Source: a virus
Taxonomy: Duplodnaviria > Heunggongvirae > Uroviricota > Caudoviricetes
IMG/VR virus record: IMGVR_UViG_2541047812_000002
Coordinates: 1 to 5,344 of that record
Direction: 5' to 3' (one strand)
Length of the DNA: 5,344 nt
Shown here: positions 1-4,900 of the stretch, one piece after another
Position numbering within the stretch: the stretch's first letter is position 1
Layout of the letters: each line of letters opens with the position of its first letter
Translations under genes and position numbers: made by a program
Notes under the pieces: model-generated
What the model saw: the letters and a program-made list of their open reading frames with translations, nothing else
Databases searched by the model: none
What the model was told of the DNA's origin: nothing

Positions 1-73
1 TTTAACCAGGGCGGGTATCGCTCGGTTTCGGGTATAACCTTAGGAAATTTTTTCCCACCTGTAAAGCACTTTT

Positions 74-105
74 TATATAAATCTATAATTATATATTTAT
101 AGATT
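74..105. repeat. Iteron cluster A: four tandem 8-bp AT-rich units (TATATAAA TCTATAAT TATATATT TATAGATT), related to the clusters flanking the par genes
   Basis: Read directly from sequence. 8-bp periodicity with units starting TATA/TCTA. Contains TTATATAAATCTATA (74-88), the exact reverse complement of TATAGATTTATATAA found in clusters B and D. Outer arms AAATCTATAA / TTATAGATTT form a 10-bp inverted repeat. Confidence 0.6.
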
Positions 106-156
106 TTCGATGTTCCCGATATCTACACACCATCAAAACAGCTCAAAATGACACTT

Positions 157-534
157 TTACTCTCTTCGCTTTTTCAAATAGTCGACAACATACGCCCTGG
201 CTTTTGCCAGCTTCCGGCGATACTGTCTGAGACTAAGAGAAAGGGCGTGGGCTTTATCAATATGCGGTGCATTTATGTCGAGGCCCCGAATCTCCCACGC
301 CCCGTATTCAATTCGGACAACCAGCGCCGCAGTCTCATCAACTACCGTGAGGGCCGTCACCGCTCCCTCGATACTGGTTTCCAGTGAGTCATTTGGTGCG
401 CCGCCCCCTCCGGTAAACTGGCAGCGCGTAACCATCATCATTTCTAACATCGACGCGAAACCGCTACGGGCGTTGCAGCCATTGCGCACCCACAGCGCCC
501 ATAGCTCAAACAAGCTATCCAGATCGCGTCTCAC
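157..534 (-). CDS. Putative phage antitermination protein Q-like (short QuuD-type family)
   Basis: 125-aa ORF, last gene of the coupled minus-strand operon (3-nt gap to the upstream gene). N-terminal LFELWALWVRNG motif and helix-rich C-terminus (LSLSLRQYRRKLAKARAYVVDYL) resemble my recollection of the Phage_antitermQ family. Position at the distal end of a cro-led operon fits. Assigned from memory, not a search. Confidence 0.4.
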   Translation of the reverse strand: MRRDLDSLFELWALWVRNGCNARSGFASMLEMMMVTRCQFTGGGGAPNDSLETSIEGAVTALTVVDETAALVVRIEYGAWEIRGLDINAPHIDKAHALSLSLRQYRRKLAKARAYVVDYLKKRRE

Positions 535-537
535 TGT

Positions 538-870
538 TCAGATCTCCCGTATCGTGACGGGATAAAGCGCCTCTACCTGCTTTTTCTTCATGATGTAGAC
601 GTCTGTTCGCACACCTTTAGTGTCGACACAATCAATCGTCCCATCGTCATAAAACACCATGAAATCAAGTTTATAAACGACACCACCTGGCAGATGAAAA
701 GGCACCTGCATAAGAAACGTCACAACGCGGCCAGCTTTTCTCAGTAGCTTCAGTTCGCAGTAGTAATCAGCCTCTTTTTTGCTATCAAAAGAGATATCAT
801 CGACAACAGTTTTTTTATTGCCGTATTTGCTTTTCCTGGTCGCTGGTTTGCGAAAGCCGGTATATCTCAT
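538..870 (-). CDS. DUF1064-family phage protein (putative nuclease/resolvase-like)
   Basis: 110-aa translation contains KYGNKKTVVDDISFDSKKEADYYCELKLLRKAG ... YKLDFMVFYDDGTIDCVDTKGVRTDVYIMKKK ... IREI, matching the conserved pattern I recall for DUF1064 proteins (KYGNKKT..DG..FDSKKEA..Y.EL.LL.KAG ... DF.Y ... DVKG..T..Y..KKK). Start overlaps the upstream gene stop by 4 nt (ATGA). Confidence 0.65.
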   Translation of the reverse strand: MRYTGFRKPATRKSKYGNKKTVVDDISFDSKKEADYYCELKLLRKAGRVVTFLMQVPFHLPGGVVYKLDFMVFYDDGTIDCVDTKGVRTDVYIMKKKQVEALYPVTIREI

Positions 871-1271
871 TTGGTATCCCCTGGTACTTCACCAAGACTA
901 AGATCAAACCCAATTTCGTCTTTAACTGACTGCGGCAACAGCTCCCACGTCTGCGCACACAAAAATTCATCGGTGCCATAACGCTCAACAAAGCGAGCAC
1001 AATTACTCAGGGGAGGGTGACGAACGGCAATATGCGGAGGCACGCGCCCACCACCAGGCACAACACCGCGATGATGTGGTGCGCACAACCCAAAGCTATG
1101 GAAGTGGCAATTCTCATCAACGCTGCCGTAATCAGGATCGTGATGTAGCTCCGTCCACAGCTCTGGATTCTCAATTTCACGGCCATCAATAATGCAAGCT
1201 ATGCAACCCACGTGAGTGAGCACCGCTTGTATATAAAGTTTCTCTTTCTTCGTTGGTGTACGTCCGTTCAT
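867..1271 (-). CDS. Cys/His-rich hypothetical protein, possible Zn-binding phage nuclease-like protein
   Basis: 134-aa ORF in the coupled operon. Contains CIAC, HHD, CHFHSFGLC and HH clusters suggestive of metal binding. AAGGGG Shine-Dalgarno about 5 nt upstream of the ATG. Family not confidently recognised. Confidence 0.5.
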   Translation of the reverse strand: MNGRTPTKKEKLYIQAVLTHVGCIACIIDGREIENPELWTELHHDPDYGSVDENCHFHSFGLCAPHHRGVVPGGGRVPPHIAVRHPPLSNCARFVERYGTDEFLCAQTWELLPQSVKDEIGFDLSLGEVPGDTK

Positions 1272-1504
1272 CAGCGCCCCTTACCATTGATAAAGAGGTT
1301 GAACTCGTTGATTAACTGGACATACATGCTTCTGGCCGCGTAGTTCTTTGCCAGCTCTTTACGGGATGAGATCCCGCAAAACTCACGCAGAATCACAGAG
1401 GCCTCAGAACTGTTTGAAACGTTCTTCCCTGTTTTACTGGTCAGAAAGCGCCAGAATTGGGGATTCTGGCAATGCATCGCAGCACCGCGAACATAACTAC
1501 TCAT
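1271..1504 (-). CDS. Hypothetical small protein (77 aa)
   Basis: ORF in the coupled operon: its start overlaps the upstream stop (ATGA) and its stop shares one nucleotide with the downstream start (TGATG). No recognisable motif. Confidence 0.4.
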   Translation of the reverse strand: MSSYVRGAAMHCQNPQFWRFLTSKTGKNVSNSSEASVILREFCGISSRKELAKNYAARSMYVQLINEFNLFINGKGR

Positions 1505-2016
1505 TGATGGCCCCCGTCATTTCTGGTGCTTTTCACCGTGCGGCTTCTTAAAAACCTGCCATCACGAACAACAGACACTTCTCGTTTACCCAACCTCATT
1601 TCACGGCGGTAACATTCAGAAAATGCCTCGTCCGGCATCATATAAATGCGACGCTTCGCCTCCGTATCCAGAAGGGAACGGCTTGGGGTTACATATAAAA
1701 ACGACTCATCAATAGGGACAAAACCACGAGCAAGAATTGCTGGCAGAATGCCAGGAAGAACGCAGAAAACAGCTCCACGATGCAGCAACATCAGGTACTC
1801 CATGACCTCCGTTATCCCCGTGACTACTGTTACGGTGTCACGTCTGTTACGGCTGGCAACCAGTCGCTGCACACGTCCAATTTTCTGATCTACAGATAGA
1901 TGTTTGCTATCGTTATCAATATGATCGATAGCAAATCCTTTAATCGTTTGATCAAGGTAGTGCACCACCTTCGATTGAATCTGGTGATTATCACCAAAGA
2001 AGGCCAGAATCATCAT
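1501..2016 (-). CDS. Hypothetical protein (171 aa), second gene of the early operon
   Basis: Long ORF whose ATG overlaps the stop of the cro-like gene (ATGATGA). GGGAGG and GAGGA Shine-Dalgarno candidates upstream. No family recognised from the sequence alone. Confidence 0.55.
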   Translation of the reverse strand: MMILAFFGDNHQIQSKVVHYLDQTIKGFAIDHIDNDSKHLSVDQKIGRVQRLVASRNRRDTVTVVTGITEVMEYLMLLHRGAVFCVLPGILPAILARGFVPIDESFLYVTPSRSLLDTEAKRRIYMMPDEAFSECYRREMRLGKREVSVVRDGRFLRSRTVKSTRNDGGHQ

Positions 2017-2507
2017 TCCTCAAGCCTCCCAAGTGCTGAACGCCGGGCGTTGCTAATCTCCTTATGAATCAGCTCGATATCGCTGGAATCTTTATTCTTA
2101 AGCTCCAGCACGGTAATCGCATCACGAACCTCTGAAACGGTTACGTGTGAGTGTTTCCAGCGAGCAATGAATCGCGGACCGCGTAGATTGCAACGCTCCG
2201 CAGGCATCCCCAACTCAGAGAAAACCGCTTTCAGCCTTGATAAGCAGTTAACAGGGAGATTCCCTTTGATCTTGTTCTGCCGAACCGATGTGCCATCGCT
2301 ACGCTGGCGCTGACGTTCGGCAAAATCTGCCGCCCATTGCTGGACGTTAATCCGGCCTTCCGAATACGCCACCAGCAGCGTCAGGTTATCCGCACGAGGG
2401 AATCTCTCGAAGCGATACCAGGCACCAATCAGTGATGACGTAAAGCCAAACTTTCTGGCAACACCAATTTGGCCTCCATTTTCGTCAACCCACTCCTGAA
2501 AGGTCAT
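2013..2507 (-). CDS. Cro/CII-like HTH DNA-binding protein with about 100-aa C-terminal extension
   Basis: 164-aa ORF transcribed divergently from the repressor gene. N-terminus (QIGVARKFGFTSSLIGAWYRF) has the pattern of Cro/YdaS-type HTH proteins. GGAG Shine-Dalgarno 8 nt upstream of the ATG. Promoter and operators lie immediately upstream. Confidence 0.55.
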   Translation of the reverse strand: MTFQEWVDENGGQIGVARKFGFTSSLIGAWYRFERFPRADNLTLLVAYSEGRINVQQWAADFAERQRQRSDGTSVRQNKIKGNLPVNCLSRLKAVFSELGMPAERCNLRGPRFIARWKHSHVTVSEVRDAITVLELKNKDSSDIELIHKEISNARRSALGRLEE

Positions 2508-2526
2508 TTAACGAACTCCAGTTAAA

Positions 2527-2541
2527 ACCACGATATGTGGT
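2527..2541. promoter_or_regulatory. Operator-like palindrome O1 (ACCAC-GATAT-GTGGT)
   Basis: Perfect 5-bp inverted arms ACCAC/GTGGT with a 5-bp spacer. Lies just downstream of the -10 of the putative cro-like promoter, on the minus strand. Confidence 0.5.
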
Positions 2542-2570
2542 ATTAAAACCACATATCGTGAGTTTTTCAA
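2542..2570 (-). promoter_or_regulatory. Putative sigma70 promoter of the cro-like/early operon
   Basis: On the minus strand: -35 TTGAAA (2565-2570), 17-bp spacer, -10 TTTAAT (2542-2547). A T10 tract (A10 on the plus strand, 2576-2585) lies just upstream and could act as a UP element. Operator O2 fills the spacer. Confidence 0.45.
2548..2562. promoter_or_regulatory. Operator-like palindrome O2 (ACCAC-ATATC-GTGAG)
   Basis: Same ACCAC-N5-GTG(G) architecture as O1, with one imperfect arm. Its core is the reverse complement of the O1 core. Occupies 15 of the 17 spacer positions between the -35 and -10 of the putative cro-like promoter. Confidence 0.5.
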
Positions 2571-2628
2571 TGGGCAAAAAAAAAATAACCTTCTATTTGT
2601 GGTCCACCTCTCGTCTTACCATGTGAAA

Positions 2629-2643
2629 ACCACTAAATGTGGT
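2629..2643. promoter_or_regulatory. Operator-like palindrome O3 (ACCAC-TAAAT-GTGGT)
   Basis: Third copy of ACCAC-N5-GTGGT. Sits 5 bp upstream of a TATAAA -10-like hexamer (2648-2653, with TG at 2646-2647) about 28 bp ahead of the repressor ATG. Confidence 0.45.
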
Positions 2644-2680
2644 AATGTATAAATAACCCACCATTCACGATTGATGAGAC

Positions 2681-3337
2681 ATGAAAAGCAACGACGAGAA
2701 CATCAAGAAAGAAATAGGTCTGCGCATTCAGACTCTACGGAAACAATCCGGCATGACTGCCGGAGATCTCCAGCAAGTCACTGGAATAGGCTTAAGCACC
2801 TTGCAGAACTATGAGGCCGGATTAAGACAACCATCTATACCTGCCATCAAGAAAATCGCGCACGCCCTGAAAGCATCAGCGCCTTATATCGCGTGCTTAA
2901 CAGATAACCCGTTCCCACCCCAGAATACTAACGCTCCTGTTATTCCTGGGCTTGTAGCTATAAAAAATGACATAGCATCGCACGCCGGAGAAAAGCCAGT
3001 GCTGGCGATAGAACAGGAGATTCTACGAAGCAAGAACATCAACCCATCGTCTCTGTCAGTTCTCCAGAGCAACGATGAGTTAATGTCACCAACAATATCC
3101 CCTGGCTCCCAAGTCCTGATTGATACAGACGATACAGAGATTCATGAGGGGATCTATGCCCTTGAAGACAGAAATGGCCTGGTTGTTTTGAGGCACTGTA
3201 GAGTCATACCGGGTGACAATGCTGTTATGCTGTCAACCGAAAGGGATGCTGAAATGAACACTAAGCATCTGAATAACGAGGAATTTAAGCGTTATAAAGT
3301 TCTGGGCCGCGTAGTTAGTGTTGTCAACTGGTTATGA
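2681..3337 (+). CDS. CI-like transcriptional repressor: N-terminal XRE-type HTH plus C-terminal S24 (LexA/CI)-like domain, apparently catalytically degenerate
   Basis: 218-aa ORF. Residues about 11-70 have the classic XRE HTH pattern (GMTAGDLQQVTGIGLSTLQNYEAGLRQPSIPAIKKIAHAL). The C-terminal 90 aa align to the S24 fold (LMSPTISPGSQVLIDTD ... YKVLGRVVSV), but the GDSM serine position reads DELM and the conserved lysine position is R/H. Confidence 0.7.
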   Translation: MKSNDENIKKEIGLRIQTLRKQSGMTAGDLQQVTGIGLSTLQNYEAGLRQPSIPAIKKIAHALKASAPYIACLTDNPFPPQNTNAPVIPGLVAIKNDIASHAGEKPVLAIEQEILRSKNINPSSLSVLQSNDELMSPTISPGSQVLIDTDDTEIHEGIYALEDRNGLVVLRHCRVIPGDNAVMLSTERDAEMNTKHLNNEEFKRYKVLGRVVSVVNWL

Positions 3338-3379
3338 TACACAGCACGGCGAAAGCCGTGCATTTCTACGCTCAAAAAA

Positions 3380-3394
3380 ACCACATTTTGTGGT
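3380..3394. promoter_or_regulatory. Operator-like palindrome O4 (ACCAC-ATTTT-GTGGT)
   Basis: Fourth copy of the motif, within the longer palindrome AAAACCACATTTTGTGGTTTT, between the repressor stop and the next gene. A TTGACA hexamer follows at 3395-3400, and AGAGG (3419-3423) precedes the ATG at 3430. Confidence 0.45.
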
Positions 3395-3429
3395 TTTGAC
3401 AACATGTGAAAGTATAAAAGAGGCTACGC

Positions 3430-3804
3430 ATGGAATTACATACAGCCAATAAAAACGAAACTCTGATCACTGCTGGAATCGAAATCCAAGCGTTGAACAT
3501 AGCGATTGAGTGTATGTTATGCCAAATCATTGATAATGAGAAAGATATCGACTGGATATCATCTACCCTTCATCTTGCTTACGAGCAAAAAGCCTGCCTC
3601 AAAACAGCCTTACAATACGATGTGCCTTCTGTATCAAAGCTGTGCCAGTCATTGATGGCATATAACAGAGCTATCATTTCTGTATGCCTCATGATTCTCG
3701 ATGAGAATACCCCTCTTAGCGACCGCTCAGAAGCAGCTCTAACCCTCTCACGTAAACAGCGACAGCTAGCAAATCAACTGATATCAACGATAGCTGACCT
3801 CTGA
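3430..3804 (+). CDS. Hypothetical protein (124 aa) downstream of the repressor gene
   Basis: ORF with a good Shine-Dalgarno (AAGAGG, 6-nt spacing) and a stem-loop terminator immediately after its stop. Predicted mostly helical. No family recognised. Confidence 0.5.
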   Translation: MELHTANKNETLITAGIEIQALNIAIECMLCQIIDNEKDIDWISSTLHLAYEQKACLKTALQYDVPSVSKLCQSLMAYNRAIISVCLMILDENTPLSDRSEAALTLSRKQRQLANQLISTIADL

Positions 3805-3808
3805 CTGC

Positions 3809-3828
3809 AAGCGGGCTAACGCCCGCTT
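3809..3828 (+). terminator. Putative intrinsic terminator (stem AAGCGGGC / GCCCGCTT, loop TAAC)
   Basis: Perfect 8-bp GC-rich stem with a 4-nt loop starting 5 nt after the stop at 3804. Followed by AT-rich sequence, though not a clean T-run. Confidence 0.45.
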
Positions 3829-3859
3829 ATATGATTATAGATTTATATAATTATATAAA
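3828..3859. repeat. Iteron cluster B: four tandem 8-bp units (TATATGAT TATAGATT TATATAAT TATATAAA)
   Basis: Read directly from sequence. The 23-mer TATAGATTTATATAATTATATAA (3836-3858) recurs with one mismatch in cluster C. Confidence 0.6.
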
Positions 3860-3881
3860 ACGCTTTTCATCCGCCAAAAAG

Positions 3882-3910
3882 TTGGTTATGCTTACCTCGT
3901 TCTATAAATA
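3882..3910 (+). promoter_or_regulatory. Putative par operon promoter overlapping iteron cluster C
   Basis: -35-like TTGGTT (3882-3887) and a -10-like TATAAA/TAAATA within 3903-3910 at 15-17 bp spacing, between iteron clusters B and C, about 45 bp upstream of the parA-like start. Weak consensus match; inference only. Confidence 0.3.
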
Positions 3911-3932
3911 TAGATTTATAGAATTATATAAC
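3901..3932. repeat. Iteron cluster C: tandem 8-bp units (TCTATAAA TATAGATT TATAGAAT TATATAAC)
   Basis: Read directly from sequence. 3909-3931 (TATAGATTTATAGAATTATATAA) differs from the cluster B 23-mer at one position. Ends 23 bp before the parA-like start. Confidence 0.6.
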
Positions 3933-3954
3933 CAAACACATGGAGTCTCGACAA

Positions 3955-4608
3955 ATGACTATCTCTGTAGGTATTTTCAACGGAAAAGGCGGCGTAACCA
4001 AATCAACAATTGCCCGTGCTTTAGCAGTTGCTTATGCAAAGGCTGGCTGGAATGTATGCCTGATCGATATGGATGTGCTTAACGGAACGGTAACGCGTTG
4101 GGTACAACGCAGAATGGCCAACAATATCGAACCAGCAATCGCGGCGCAGCCGTGCGGCACACCATCACAAGTCCAGAAAATCATCGAATCAGAAGTATAC
4201 GACCTGGTTATCGTCGATGGCGGTGCCTACGCATCTGAATCAGTACCGAAGCTCTCTGAATTTCTGGATATGGTTATTTTGCCAACCAGATTCTCTACCG
4301 ATGACCTGGAAACCACCGTTAACACAGCTCACGGCATCGTTAAAAAGGGTGTACCAATCAAGAAAATTTGCATGGTGTTTTCCGGCGCGGCTGAAAACGA
4401 AGCTGACTATATTGAAGCCCAAGAGTACCTGGCTAATACGCCATACTTTGTTGTCGATAAGTACATTCCCCACAAGCCAGCTCTGAGCAAAGCTCAGGAT
4501 AAGGGCTTAAGCCTTATTGAGTGCTCATACGTTGCGCCACGCAAAAAGGCAGACGATGTTATCCAGGGGATTATCAATCAGCTTGAGGCTCTGACTACTG
4601 CCGCGTAA
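3955..4608 (+). CDS. parA: ParA/ParF-family partition ATPase (small, type Ib; deviant Walker A)
   Basis: N-terminus MTISVGIFNGKGGVTKSTIARALAVAYAKAGWNVCLIDMD carries the deviant Walker A motif KGGxxK[ST] typical of ParA/MinD ATPases. About 217 aa, the size of ParF-type proteins. I prefer the ATG at 3955 (GGAG 9 nt upstream) over the track's ATG at 3940, which has no Shine-Dalgarno. Confidence 0.85.
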   Translation: MTISVGIFNGKGGVTKSTIARALAVAYAKAGWNVCLIDMDVLNGTVTRWVQRRMANNIEPAIAAQPCGTPSQVQKIIESEVYDLVIVDGGAYASESVPKLSEFLDMVILPTRFSTDDLETTVNTAHGIVKKGVPIKKICMVFSGAAENEADYIEAQEYLANTPYFVVDKYIPHKPALSKAQDKGLSLIECSYVAPRKKADDVIQGIINQLEALTTAA

Positions 4609-4640
4609 TATATAATTATAGTTTTATAGATTTATATAAA
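4609..4640. repeat. Iteron cluster D: four tandem 8-bp units (TATATAAT TATAGTTT TATAGATT TATATAAA) filling the parA-parG spacer
   Basis: Read directly from sequence. Begins immediately after the parA-like stop (4606-4608) and ends 11 bp before the parG-like ATG. Shares TATAGATTTATATAA with cluster B. Confidence 0.6.
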
Positions 4641-4651
4641 AGGGGATACAC

Positions 4652-4900
4652 ATGGCCGCACCATCAAAACCACCGAAAAAGAACAGCAAAGGCGTACCGC
4701 CATCAATCGAACAACCGCAGGTTTTCGACCCGACTGAAACGCCGACCAGAACCAAATCAGGTGGGGCACAAATGGCGTTTAACGTCGACCCTGAATTTAA
4801 ACGCGAGTACAAAACGTTCGCCAGCTCAATGGATATGTCATTGAAAGAAGTGCTGACAAAATCTTTTGAGTTACTCAAGGCTCAATACAACCAGAAGTAA
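4652..4900 (+). CDS. ParG-like ribbon-helix-helix centromere-binding protein (82 aa)
   Basis: Immediately downstream of the ParA-like gene, with an AAGGGG Shine-Dalgarno. C-terminal 40 aa (MAFNVDPEFKREYKTFASSMDMSLKEVLTKSFELLKAQY) fits a beta-strand/helix/helix RHH pattern similar to TP228 ParG as I recall it. N-terminal 40 aa is a Pro/Lys-rich, probably disordered tail. Confidence 0.6.
   Translation: MAAPSKPPKKNSKGVPPSIEQPQVFDPTETPTRTKSGGAQMAFNVDPEFKREYKTFASSMDMSLKEVLTKSFELLKAQYNQK

Noticed and set aside
1-156. Late promoter and qut site downstream of the Q-like gene
   Set aside because: Expected on the minus strand, but I found no convincing -35/-10 pair (TTTACA at 60-65 has no matching -10 at proper spacing), so I make no call.
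148-565. Plus-strand ORFs 148..387 and 275..565 (79 and 96 aa)
   Set aside because: Both lie antisense to the Q-like gene (157-534), have no ribosome-binding site and show no recognisable motif. Most likely shadow ORFs of the minus-strand gene.
815-1189. Minus-strand ORFs 815..1000 and 1007..1189
   Set aside because: They sit in alternative frames inside the 134-aa and DUF1064 genes, which form a tightly coupled operon. No independent support.
1348-1888. Plus-strand ORFs 1348..1551 and 1646..1888
   Set aside because: Antisense to the coupled minus-strand operon, with low-complexity Arg/Ser-rich translations typical of out-of-frame reading.
1501-2016. Possible metallophosphatase motif (FGDNH) in the 171-aa protein
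   Set aside because: Only a GDxH-like fragment is present. The other calcineurin-type motifs (GDxxDRG, GNHE) are not evident and the protein is too short, so I did not make this call.
2884-3072. Minus-strand ORF 2884..3072 inside the repressor gene
   Set aside because: Antisense to a gene with strong HTH evidence. No start context or motif.
3374-3400. AAAACCACATTTTGTGGTTTT as an intrinsic terminator for the repressor gene
   Set aside because: The stem is only about 5-9 bp and AT-rich. The same ACCAC-N5-GTGGT motif recurs three times at the divergent promoters, so an operator is the better explanation, though weak termination is not excluded.
3395-3423. Consensus TTGACA (3395-3400) as -35 of a promoter for the 124-aa gene
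   Set aside because: No acceptable -10 hexamer lies 16-18 bp downstream. The only TATAAA (3413-3418) is 12 bp away and would put the transcription start inside or after the Shine-Dalgarno.
3831-4082. Plus-strand ORF 3831..4082 (83 aa) starting inside iteron cluster B
   Set aside because: Its N-terminus is a translation of the AT-rich iterons and it overlaps the ParA-like gene out of frame. The ParA frame carries the Walker A motif.
74-4640. AT-rich repeat clusters as a CRISPR array
   Set aside because: Units are 8 bp, directly tandem with no spacers, and clustered around par genes. This is an iteron or centromere pattern, not a repeat-spacer array.
4217-4878. ORFs 4217..4486 (+), 4240..4473 (-) and 4624..4878 (-) inside the par genes
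   Set aside because: Embedded in or antisense to the ParA-like and ParG-like genes, which have clear motif and context support.
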